From: Escherichia coli
Lineage (GTDB): Bacteria; Pseudomonadota; Gammaproteobacteria; Enterobacterales; Enterobacteriaceae
DNA length: 64,000 nt
Assembly (NCBI RefSeq): GCF_048403405.1
Contig: NZ_CP183129.1
Strand: one strand, 5' to 3'
Positions 26,672 to 36,436 of this stretch are shown here, in pieces (positions within the stretch are counted from its first letter, which is position 1; every line of letters begins with the position of its first letter). The position numbers and the translations under genes are program-made. The notes below the pieces were generated by a model that made no database searches, was not told the DNA's origin, and saw only the letters and a list, made by a program, of their open reading frames with translations.

Positions 26672-27937
26672 TTAACCTCTATGCTTAATTGTGTTTAACC
26701 GGGTGCTAAATTTACGCTCGCCAAACCGCACATCATTTTCAGGAATAATGAAAACGCGGTAATAGCGGATAAAGACAATAATTGCGGTAATCAGGGCCAG
26801 CAGCGCGAAAGTAAAATCGAGAGCAATGATATATTGCAGGCCGATGTTCGACAGATAACCGGTAATCAGCGGAATAACAAAATTAGCCAGTCCACCCATC
26901 ATCATATATATACTGGTGACTTTGGCTTTGCTTTTTGGGAAAAACTCTGACATGACCGAAACGCCGAGCTGTAAAATGCCGCCAGCTGCTGAGAAACCGA
27001 TAACAAAGGCTCCGGCATTACACACCAATGGAGAAGGGTACAGGTAGATAATGGCAGCTGTTATTGTTGCCAGTGCAGAGTTAAATACATTAGCCCAGAT
27101 GGGCCGGACCATTTTTTTCAGCAGTGCGGCAAAAATAAAGACACAGACCAACGAGCCCATACTGTAATAAGAGATGGTTTTTAATGCCTCAGCTTCTGAC
27201 ATACCAGCAAAAGCCATCGCATATTTGGGCATCCACACCACAATCACATAAAAGGTCGAGAATGCGGCTACACCGAACAGTACTGATGAAACACCTTCCA
27301 GCCAGACTAACGGTTTGCTGTTCATTTGCGGTAATTCATTAGCTACGCTGGCGTCCACCAACTGGCTGGGGAATTTGCTTTTCAACAGCATCAGTGTGAT
27401 CAGTACAAACAGAATACCCGGAATAATCAGCCCATAGCCGTACCAGATGTTATTGAGCAACATATAGCTCACCAGCATTGGGTAGAACATTTGCCCGAAT
27501 GACACCATCGCTTTAACCAGTATGACCGCCGAACCAGAGGCTTTCGGAAAGCATTCCATGAGCGCGGGGTAGCCACCCGTATCCAGCGCTGAGTTAGCGA
27601 TACCTACGCACACTGCCAGACAGTAGGCGAGAGTTAAATTCGGGCAAGCGGGAATACCAAAGAAGAATAGCAGATACATTATTACTGCCATTAATATCAC
27701 CGCCCGACGACCAAACTTATCGGAGATCACACCGAAGAATAAAATACTGATCAATCGCCCCAAACCGATACCGGAAATTAAATAGGCAATGCCCGCGTTG
27801 TCAGTGGAAAACTTTTCTGCCAGAGATGACATATTTTGGGCAAGCGTAATAACACTAATGCCGTGCAGGAAATAGCTGAAGTAAATACAAAGAACAGCCA
27901 GGATAAATGGCGTGCTGAAAGCCTTATTTTGAGACAT
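26672..27937 (-). CDS. ydiN: MFS transporter
   Basis: 421 aa from the ATG at 27937 ([11 protein letters not shown]), with AGGAG 8 nt upstream; the track ORF begins two codons earlier at a GTG. Confidence 0.88.
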
Positions 27938-28163
27938 TTTCACAGCTCCTTGCTGAAAGATAATTTCGTTACCGTACGTATTGTTCTCCGACGGTTCACA
28001 TAATTACTATACTGAAGATGATTTTCCCTGGGTACATGGCATAAAGTTTATGTTTCCAGGAATATTGCATGTCATAGTTTGTTTTTTATCGCGATTTTCG
28101 TTAGTTGGCGCAGAAAGAGTTATTTATCCGTAAGATCTTGCATGACCTGAAAAGAATATTGCA

Positions 28164-29378
28164 TTACCCACCCGGAGCGACATTTTCCTTTAGCGAGTGA
28201 TGCCGCGTTTCTTTGCGGCTGCGTAAGCCGATAAACAGTGCCAGTAAAAAGCCGATGGCAGCGATGGCGGTATCGAACCACATAATATCGGCAATACTTC
28301 TTTGGGACAGATGAGCCGTAATCAACGGAATAGTAAAGGTCGCAATACTGCCCGCACTGTAATAGATCCCTGTAGCTTTACCTTTAGCGTAGGGGAAACG
28401 TTCAGCCATTAATGTCAGGCCAATTTGCACAACACCTCCAGCAGAGGTAAAACCAATGACAAAAGCAAATATTATCACCACATAAAATGTGGGATGCAGG
28501 CAGACGGTAAACAGAGCAGTAAATGAGATAAAGGTGTACAGCATGAGTAATGTTGTTGCTCGAACGGTATTACGAATGAGTGGAGCGGTAATAAATACAC
28601 AAAGCAGCGAACCCACGGTGTAGATACTGAGTAGTTTGATCGACATAGTGTATGACATGCCTGCAACAAATTGTCCGTACTGTGCCAGCCACTGGCTAAC
28701 CAGATAAAACGTTGCCATTGAGATATAGCCATATAAGGTATAACTGGCTAAATCGATTATTGAGCAGCGATGTTCCGTAGAGCTGGTGGTTTTCTTTATG
28801 ACAGGTAAGCGACGACCCGGATGGGGTGGGAACGTACAACGGTATAAAAACAGAGCGTTAATAAACATAATGCCTGCGGCAATCATAAAGGACCAACCGA
28901 ACCACAGTTCAGCCCACACTAACAGGCTAATGATTAGCGGTAATAAAAATTGCCCGCTGGAAACAAATGCTTTAATTAAAATATTGGCTGTACCCGGTGA
29001 GCGTGGAAAAGCTTCCATCAAACTGGGATAGGTGCCTGCATCGAGAAAACTGTTTGCCATTCCCGCCAGAAAGCCAAAAACATAAGCGATAATGATGTTA
29101 TTGGTGTGCAGGATGCCAAAAAAGAAGGCCATATAGCAACACATCCCGAGCATGATAAAAGGGCGGCGACCAAAGCGATCGGATAATAATCCTGCAAAAA
29201 GCAAGACACTTAATCGACCAATACCCAGCGATGAGATAACTATTGAGACGCCTGCGGCATTAGTCTGCCAAAGCGTCTCCAGCGAGGCCATATTCAGGCT
29301 CATCAAAATGACGCCCATACCATGCACCAGGTAATTAAAATACAACCCCAGTGCGGTAGGGAAATAGGGATTTTTCAT
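28164..29378 (-). CDS. ydiM: MFS transporter
   Basis: 404 aa polytopic membrane protein, MKNPYFPTALGLYFNYLVHGMGVILMSLNM. Confidence 0.88.
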   Translation of the reverse strand: MKNPYFPTALGLYFNYLVHGMGVILMSLNMASLETLWQTNAAGVSIVISSLGIGRLSVLLFAGLLSDRFGRRPFIMLGMCCYMAFFFGILHTNNIIIAYVFGFLAGMANSFLDAGTYPSLMEAFPRSPGTANILIKAFVSSGQFLLPLIISLLVWAELWFGWSFMIAAGIMFINALFLYRCTFPPHPGRRLPVIKKTTSSTEHRCSIIDLASYTLYGYISMATFYLVSQWLAQYGQFVAGMSYTMSIKLLSIYTVGSLLCVFITAPLIRNTVRATTLLMLYTFISFTALFTVCLHPTFYVVIIFAFVIGFTSAGGVVQIGLTLMAERFPYAKGKATGIYYSAGSIATFTIPLITAHLSQRSIADIMWFDTAIAAIGFLLALFIGLRSRKETRHHSLKENVAPGG

Positions 29379-29476
29379 AGGTTCTACTTAGCAAAGGTGC
29401 TTTAAAAAGTGAAGCGATGTTGTGTCAGCATCCGTTCATTATTGTTGTAACAACGACAATTCCTTTCTTTGGAAAA

Positions 29477-29832
29477 TTAACAAAGGCGCTCCAGATCGTG
29501 TGCATATAATTCAGCGGCTACCGATTGATAGATCTTCCAGTCAATAAAATTGCCATCAGGGTAGACTTGTTGAAACGCGGTTAAGTCGGGGAAAAAACGC
29601 ATGGTGTTGTTGCCGATGCGGTTATTTATTTTCTCTATGATGGCATGAAGATGTTTTTTCTTTGCTGACGCATAGCCAACAGTTGCTCGACTACACGATC
29701 AGGAATGGCGTATTTGCCATTTTCCCACTGACGCCAGCTTTCACTGTCACCGGTCTGGGCAATCCAGGTCGCGCATTCATCAATAGTCATGGCAAAAATA
29801 TGGCGGAGTGCCTGGAGTTCATAAGCGTTCAT
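29477..29832 (-). pseudogene. ydiL: ydiL (DUF1870-family protein), apparently frameshifted in this sequence
   Basis: Translation from the ATG at 29832 (MNAYELQALRHIFAMTIDEC...) hits a stop after 74 codons; restoring one base in the T6 run at 29653..29658 gives an uninterrupted 118-aa ORF ending at 29477, the length I recall for K-12 YdiL. Confidence 0.65.
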
Positions 29833-29971
29833 CGTGTAATGGCTGCATGAAATAAACAATAAAATATAAATAACATTATCAGCCTGCTGACGGCTTGAAG
29901 AGAGTCACAGTATCTTGTGCAACATTATTGGAAAGCGTGAGGGGCGAGGTAGCGAAGCGGAAAAATGTTAA

Positions 29972-30075
29972 AAAAAAGCCCATCGTGGGAGATGGGCAAA
30001 GACTACACACAGCAATTCGTTGTTTCACTCAGGGGATTTCCATGCTTATAAATCAATATGTTGATTTATAACCGT
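29972..30075 (-). ncRNA. rprA: RprA small regulatory RNA (rpoS translational activator)
   Basis: The minus strand reads ACGGTTATAAATCAACATATTGATTTATAAGCATGGAAATCCCCTGAGTGAAACAACGAATTGCTGTGTGTAGTCTTTGCCCATCTCCCACGATGGGCTTTTTTT, matching the RprA sequence I recall, with an intrinsic terminator at its 3' end. Confidence 0.85.
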
Positions 30076-30260
30076 GAGCTAATAGTAGGCATACGGACTT
30101 TTTGCGTCGATCAGATTCGTCTCATTAGTTTAAAAACTGTAAAGAATTTGCGACAGGTACTACCAGCTGAATGGCGGTAAGCAGGAAAATATGGGGAAGA
30201 GCAAGCAAATATCAATTAGCAGGGGTTAACAATCAGGCGGCAGAGCCGCCTGATGAGAAA

Positions 30261-31373
30261 TTACTTATTCGGTTTCTCGATTTCGCCAAGTTCTTCGAGA
30301 ACTTCTTCCGGTTGGTCAGTCGGCGGTGGGACTTCTTCCACCCACGCGGCAAAAAGACGCCAGGAAACGGCTAACAGAACCGGACCAATAAACAGGCCGA
30401 TCATCCCGAAAGCAATCAAACCACCAATAACGCCAGAGAGAATCAGGATCAGCGGTAAATCGGCACCCATGCGAATTAACATTGGGCGGATGACGTTATC
30501 CAGCGTGCCAACCACACCGCTCCACACTAACAATACCGTTCCCCAGGTGGTATCGCCAGTCCAGTAGAGCCAGATAATCGCCGGAATCAGTACCGGCAAC
30601 GGTCCAAGCTGGACAAGGCAGGAGAGGATCATTAACACCGTGAGCAAAGTTGCATAAGGTACGCCGGATACGGCGAGGCCGATACCGCCAAGCACTGCCT
30701 GTACTAACGCTGTCACCACAACACCCAGCGCCACCGCGCGGATAGCTTGTGCCGCCAGCAGCACGGCGGCATCTCCACGAACGCCTGCCAGACGGGTTGC
30801 AAAATGGCGAATGCCTTGCGCCACTTGTTCACCGCGCCAGTACAGCAGGGCGCTGAAGAGAAGCATCAGCGCACAATGCACCATAAAGCGCCCGATATGC
30901 GCCGCCTGCCCAACGAACCAGGTGGTGGTGGTGCCAATATAAGGACGGACTTTTGCCATGATCGCCGTCCCCCCCATATCCAGCAAGTTGTGCCAGCCTG
31001 CATACAGCTTCGCGCCAATCACCGGAATGGTATTAAGCCACGCCAGATCGGGTAACGTCATGTCACCGCTGGAAATGGCTTTAATTAGCGGGCCGCTGCC
31101 GTCGACGATACTGTTAACCAGCAAGGCAATAGGGATGATAAACACCATCACTAATAACAGCGTCATCACCAGAACGGCGAGAGACCGGCGACCAAACATG
31201 ATCTTTTGCAAACGTAACAATACCGGCCAGGTGGCGATAACCACCGTACCAGCCCATGCAAAGCCGAGAATAAAGGGTTGTACAATCCACAGACATGCCA
31301 CAATCATGATGGCTAAAAAGAGCACCGAAAGCAGAATTTGTGCGACATTCCTGGGCTGACGAACATTTACCAT
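30261..31373 (-). CDS. ydiK: AI-2E/PerM-family inner membrane transporter
   Basis: 370 aa polytopic membrane protein beginning MVNVRQPRNVAQILLSVLFLAIMIVACLWIVQPF. Confidence 0.88.
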   Translation of the reverse strand: MVNVRQPRNVAQILLSVLFLAIMIVACLWIVQPFILGFAWAGTVVIATWPVLLRLQKIMFGRRSLAVLVMTLLLVMVFIIPIALLVNSIVDGSGPLIKAISSGDMTLPDLAWLNTIPVIGAKLYAGWHNLLDMGGTAIMAKVRPYIGTTTTWFVGQAAHIGRFMVHCALMLLFSALLYWRGEQVAQGIRHFATRLAGVRGDAAVLLAAQAIRAVALGVVVTALVQAVLGGIGLAVSGVPYATLLTVLMILSCLVQLGPLPVLIPAIIWLYWTGDTTWGTVLLVWSGVVGTLDNVIRPMLIRMGADLPLILILSGVIGGLIAFGMIGLFIGPVLLAVSWRLFAAWVEEVPPPTDQPEEVLEELGEIEKPNK

Positions 31374-31524
31374 AACTACTTTTCACCTTTTTTGTGCGTC
31401 AAATCGTCGACGCGACGTGAACACGCGAAACTCACCTGCATAATGATGAGCAATTTCAGCGGTTTTTAACAGGCCGATTCTGCCCTTAATTCTGATGGGC
31501 GTGTTAGAAAAAAATGTGGTACAA

Positions 31525-31655
31525 CAACTCAGGCAACACGCAAACGATTTACTCGTCGTATTTCAAGTTGCATGTGCTGCGGCTACGTTCGTTCACCCCA
31601 GTCACTTACTATTGTAAGCTCCTGGAGTTCACTCGCTTGCCGCCTTCCTGCAACT
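31525..31655. repeat. ERIC (intergenic repeat unit) element
   Basis: ACTCGTCGTATTTCAAGTTGCATGTGCTGCGGCTACGTTCGTTCACCCCAGTCACTTACTATTGTAAGCTCCTGGAGTTCAC is the reverse complement of the ERIC consensus core (AAGTAAGTGACTGGGGTGA...); boundaries approximate. Confidence 0.7.
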
Positions 31656-31761
31656 CGAAATCCATAGAGTAAATAAACATCACCTTTCAGTGCGCTATTG
31701 CAGCCGCCTGAAAGAATAGTGTATCGACCTACATCACAGACCGCAGGAAAGGGTCAATATA

Positions 31762-34700
31762 ATGATTCCACAGATTTCCCAGGCACCCGGCGTCGTTCAA
31801 CTGGTGCTTAATTTTTTGCAAGAGCTGGAGCAACAGGGGTTTACCGGAGATACGGCGACAAGTTATGCCGTTCGTCTGACAATGTCGACCGACAACAGTA
31901 TTTACCAACTTCTCCCCGATGCGGTGGTATTTCCGCGTTCAACCGCAGATGTGGCGCTGATCGCCCGTCTTGCGGCGCAGGAACGCTATTCATCGCTGAT
32001 CTTTACCCCCCGCGGCGGCGGCACCGGCACTAACGGTCAGGCGCTCAACCAGGGGATTATTGTTGATATGTCCCGCCATATGAACCGCATCATCGAAATT
32101 AACCCTGAAGAGGGCTGGGTGCGCGTTGAGGCCGGGGTGATAAAAGATCAACTCAATCAGTACCTGAAACCGTTCGGCTACTTTTTTGCGCCGGAACTTT
32201 CGACCAGCAACCGGGCAACGCTCGGTGGGATGATCAATACCGATGCATCCGGTCAGGGATCGCTGGTCTATGGCAAAACGTCAGATCACGTACTTGGCGT
32301 ACGCGCGGTGTTGTTGGGGGGCGATATTCTCGATACGCAACCTTTACCCGTCGAACTGGCAGAAACGCTGGGTAAAACCAATACCGCAATCGGGCGAATT
32401 TATAACACGGTTTATCAACGTTGCCGTCAGCAACGCCAGTTAATCATCGACAACTTCCCCAAACTTAACCGCTTTCTTACCGGTTACGATCTGCGTCATG
32501 TCTTTAACGATGAGATGACCGAGTTCGACCTGACGCGCATTCTGACGGGTTCAGAAGGGACGCTGGCCTTTATTACCGAAGCGCGGCTGGATATTACGCC
32601 CTTGCCTAAAGTGCGCCGTCTGGTGAACGTCAAATATGACTCTTTTGACTCCGCGCTGCGTAACGCGTCGTTTATGGTTGAGGCGCGGGCGCTTTCGGTA
32701 GAGACGGTAGACTCAAAAGTGCTGAATCTGGCGCGGGAAGATATTGTCTGGCATTCCGTCAGCGAGTTGATTACCGATGTGCCTGACAAAGAAATGCTCG
32801 GGCTGAACATTGTGGAATTTGCTGGTGATGATGAGGCGCTGATTGACGAGCGAGTAAATGCACTCTGTGCGCGGCTGGATGAACTTATCGCCAGTCAGCA
32901 AGCAGGTGTGATCGGCTGGCAGGTATGCAGTGAGCTGGCAGGTGTTGAGCGTATTTATGCGATGCGCAAAAAAGCTGTCGGCCTGCTCGGTAATGCCAAA
33001 GGAGCAGCCAAGCCAATTCCGTTTGCTGAGGATACCTGCGTACCGCCGGAACATCTGGCCGATTATATTGCTGAATTTCGCGCGCTGCTCGACAGCCACG
33101 GCTTAAGCTACGGTATGTTCGGTCACGTCGACGCAGGTGTCTTGCACGTCCGTCCTGCGCTGGATATGTGCGATCCGCAACGAGATTTTGATGAAGCAAA
33201 TCTCTGATGATGTAGTGGCGCTTACCGCGAAATACGGTGGTTTGTTGTGGGGCGAACACGGCAAAGGTTTTCGCGCCGAATACAGCCCGGCGTTTTTTGG
33301 TGAGGAACTTTTTGCAGAACTGCGTAAAGTGAAAGCGGCATTTGACCCGCATAACCGACTCAACCCTGGGAAGATTTGCCCGCCAGAAGGTCTTGATGCG
33401 CCGATGATGAAAGTGGACGCGGTGAAGCGCGGTACATTCGATCGACAGATCCCCATTGCGGTACGCCAGCAGTGGCGTGGTGCAATGGAGTGTAACGGCA
33501 ACGGTTTATGCTTCAACTTTGATGCTCGTAGTCCGATGTGTCCGTCGATGAAGATCACCCAGAACCGGATTCATTCACCGAAAGGGCGCGCTACGCTGGT
33601 ACGTGAATGGCTGCGTTTGTTGGCGGATCGCGGCGTTGACCCACTCAAACTGGAACAAGAACTGCCTGAATCCGGCGTCAGTTTGCGGACGTTAATTGCC
33701 CGCACGCGCAATAGCTGGCATGCGAATAAAGGCGAATATGACTTCTCACACGAAGTCAAAGAGTCGATGTCGGGCTGTCTGGCCTGTAAAGCGTGTTCGA
33801 CTCAGTGCCCCATCAAAATTGATGTGCCGGAGTTTCGCTCTCGTTTCCTGCAACTCTATCACACCCGTTATTTACGCCCGCTGCGCGACCACCTCGTCGC
33901 TACGGTTGAGAGTTACGCACCGCTGATGGCACGCGCGCCGAAAACCTTTAACTTCTTCATTAACCAGCCGCTGGTGCGCAAACTCTCGGAAAAACATATC
34001 GGCATGGTTGATTTGCCGCTGCTGTCGGTCCCCTCGCTACAACAACAAATGGTGGGGCATCGCTCGGCAAACATGACGCTGGAACAGCTTGAAGCTCTCA
34101 ATGCAGAGCAGAAAGCGCGCACGGTGCTGGTGGTGCAGGACCCCTTTACCAGCTATTACGATGCGCAAGTTGTGGCGGATTTTGTCCGTCTGGTCGAAAA
34201 ATTAGGTTTCCAGCCTGTGTTACTGCCATTTTCGCCAAATGGCAAAGCCCAGCATATCAAAGGCTTTCTTAATCGTTTTGCGAAGACGGCGAAAAAGACG
34301 GCGGATTTCCTCAACCGTATGGCGAAGCTGGGGATGCCAATGGTGGGCGTCGATCCGGCGCTGGTACTTTGTTATCGCGATGAATATAAACTGGCACTGG
34401 GCGAAGAACGTGGCGAGTTTAACGTCTTACTGGCGAATGAATGGCTGGCAAGCGCACTTGAGTCACAGCCAGTGGCTACAGTCAGCGGTGAATCATGGTA
34501 TTTATTTGGTCACTGTACCGAAGTTACCGCCTTGCCGGGCGCGCCAGCACAATGGGCCGCGATATTTGCCCGTTTTGGCGCGAAACTGGAAAATGTCAGC
34601 GTGGGTTGCTGCGGCATGGCAGGGACTTACGGACATGAAGCGAAAAACCATAAAAATTCGCTCGGGATCTATGAGTTATCCTGGCATCAGGCGATGCAGC

Positions 34701-34816
34701 GACTGCCGCGTAATCGCTGTCTGGCGACCGGATATTCCTGCCGTAGCCAGGTAAAACGAGTTGAAGGCACGGGGGTACGCCATCCTGTGCAGGCTTTACT
34801 GGAGATTATTAAATGA
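31762..34816 (+). pseudogene. ydiJ: ydiJ (FAD-linked oxidoreductase with C-terminal Cys-rich domain), reading frame interrupted
   Basis: The gene is split into ORF 31762..33207 (481 aa, FAD-binding PCMH-type domain, ending ...GHVDAGVLHVRPALDMCDPQRDFDEANL) and ORF 33137..34816 (559 aa, in the +1 frame, continuing ...EILMKQISDDVVALTAKYGGLLWGEHGKG); together they make the roughly 1018-aa protein I recall for K-12 YdiJ. Confidence 0.7.
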
Positions 34817-35223
34817 TATGGAAACGAAAAATCACCCTGGAAGCACTGAATGCCATGGGTGAAGGAAACATGGTGGGGTTGCTGGATATTCGCTTTGAAC
34901 ATATTGGTGATGACACCCTTGAAGCGACAATGCCAGTAGACTCGCGGACAAAGCAGCCTTTCGGGTTGCTGCATGGAGGGGCATCCGTGGTACTGGCCGA
35001 AAGTATCGGTTCCGTTGCCGGTTATTTATGTACTGAAGGTGAGCAAAAAGTGGTTGGCCTGGAAATCAATGCTAACCACGTCCGCTCGGCACGAGAAGGG
35101 CGGGTGCGCGGCGTATGTAAACCGTTGCATCTCGGTTCGCGTCACCAGGTCTGGCAGATTGAAATCTTCGATGAGAAAGGGCGTTTGTGCTGTTCGTCAC
35201 GATTGACGACCGCCATTTTGTGA
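34813..35223 (+). CDS. menI: 1,4-dihydroxy-2-naphthoyl-CoA hydrolase (hotdog-fold thioesterase)
   Basis: 136 aa, MIWKRKITLEALNAMGEGNMVGLLDIRFEHIGDD...; its ATG overlaps the ydiJ stop (ATGA). Confidence 0.9.
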   Translation: MIWKRKITLEALNAMGEGNMVGLLDIRFEHIGDDTLEATMPVDSRTKQPFGLLHGGASVVLAESIGSVAGYLCTEGEQKVVGLEINANHVRSAREGRVRGVCKPLHLGSRHQVWQIEIFDEKGRLCCSSRLTTAIL

Positions 35224-35322
35224 CGTTGTCACCAGAAAAGTGTGACGCATATTGCTTTTGGTCATTATCTGCACAGTAAACGGTGGTATACTGTGCAGGT
35301 CTTGTCTAAAAGCGAGGATGCT

Positions 35323-35511
35323 ATGTCTACTCAACTTGATCCCACCCAGCTGGCCATTGAATTTTTACGCCGTGACCAGAGCAATCTTTCACCTGCCCAA
35401 TATCTCAAACGTCTGAAACAACTAGAACTTGAATTTGCTGACCTGCTTACTCTCTCTTCTGCTGAATTAAAAGAAGAAATCTACTTTGCCTGGCGTCTGG
35501 GCGTGCATTGA
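35323..35511 (+). CDS. ydiH: Small uncharacterized protein YdiH
   Basis: 62 aa from the internal ATG (MSTQLDPTQLAIEFLRRDQSNLSPAQYLKRLKQLELEFADLLTLSSAELKEEIYFAWRLGVH) with GAGGA upstream; the track ORF is an over-extension. Confidence 0.8.
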   Translation: MSTQLDPTQLAIEFLRRDQSNLSPAQYLKRLKQLELEFADLLTLSSAELKEEIYFAWRLGVH

Positions 35512-35703
35512 TTCTGACTTAATGCCGCAATTTCGCCAAATCGACCTGGATTAACCTCCGTCCAGGTTCGATAACCTTCTTAATACTGCTTATCTACCCG
35601 CCTGATATTGTTCAAAAATAATACTAATCGCAGTTTGTGTTAAAACGGCGGGTTAGCTTTATGAGATTATTCTTATCGCCCCTTCAAGAGCTAAGCCACT
35701 GAG

Positions 35704-35772
35704 AGTGCCGGAGATAAGCGCCGGATGGGGTAGAAACCCTTAAGCCTGTGTCGCACAGACTTAAGGGTTTTC
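35704..35772 (+). ncRNA. rydB: Probable small RNA RydB (boundaries approximate)
   Basis: A strong intrinsic terminator on the plus strand (CCCTTAAGCCTGTG-TCG-CACAGACTTAAGGG followed by TTTTCTTATTT) sits about 230 nt after ydiH, too far to be the ydiH terminator, at the place where K-12 has rydB between ydiH and sufA; the 5' end is a guess from the known ~68 nt length. Confidence 0.4.
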
Positions 35773-35864
35773 TTATTTCTGAACGCTGCACTTTTTTACC
35801 TATCTCTTAAATAGTCATTTTCAATACAACTTTTTCTTTTTCATCACGGCCTTAATGCTCCTTA

Positions 35865-35880
35865 GATAATAATCATTATC
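35865..35880. promoter_or_regulatory. Fur-box-like sequence, distal, upstream of the suf operon
   Basis: GATAATAATCATTATC is a near-perfect match to the Fur consensus GATAATGATAATCATTATC; about 195 bp upstream of the sufA ATG. Confidence 0.5.
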
Positions 35881-35997
35881 TAACAATGAGATACCTAATT
35901 CTTAGCGTGCCTGTTAACCCACACATCAGGGTCTATGCTTATTAAAAGCAGGAAAAAAGCATGTTTTACGGTAAAGCCCCTGCGTTTGCTGGGTTGA

Positions 35998-36016
35998 ACT
36001 GATAATCATTATCACT
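35998..36016 (+). promoter_or_regulatory. Fur box at the sufA promoter
   Basis: CTGATAATCATTATCACTA lies just upstream of a TGTTATACG -10-like element, about 45 to 60 bp before the sufA ATG; the suf operon is known to be Fur-repressed. Confidence 0.65.
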
Positions 36017-36059
36017 AACATGCTGTTATACGCTGAAAGCGATGAAGTGAGGTAAATCG

Positions 36060-36428
36060 ATGGACATGCATTCAGGAACCTTTAATCCACAGGATTTCGC
36101 CTGGCAGGGCTTAACGCTGACACCCGCAGCCGCTGTCCACATCCGCGAGCTGGTGGCAAAGCAGCCGGGTATGGTCGGCGTGCGCTTAGGCGTGAAGCAA
36201 ACGGGCTGCGCGGGCTTTGGCTATGTGCTCGACAGTGTTAGCGAGCCGGACAAAGACGATCTGCTGTTTGAACACGACGGCGCGAAGCTGTTTGTCCCGC
36301 TGCAAGCGATGCCGTTTATTGATGGCACGGAAGTCGATTTCGTTCGTGAAGGACTTAATCAGATATTCAAATTTCACAACCCTAAAGCCCAGAATGAATG
36401 TGGCTGTGGCGAAAGCTTTGGGGTATAG
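36060..36428 (+). CDS. sufA: Fe-S cluster A-type carrier protein
   Basis: 122 aa, [37 protein letters not shown]..., with the C-terminal CGCGESF motif. Confidence 0.95.
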   Translation: MDMHSGTFNPQDFAWQGLTLTPAAAVHIRELVAKQPGMVGVRLGVKQTGCAGFGYVLDSVSEPDKDDLLFEHDGAKLFVPLQAMPFIDGTEVDFVREGLNQIFKFHNPKAQNECGCGESFGV

Positions 36429-36436
36429 GCGGTACT

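Noticed and set aside
35961-36002. 13-codon ORF (MFYGKAPAFAGLN) just upstream of sufA
   Set aside because: It lies across the mapped suf promoter and Fur-box region and probably upstream of the transcription start; no ribosome-binding site.
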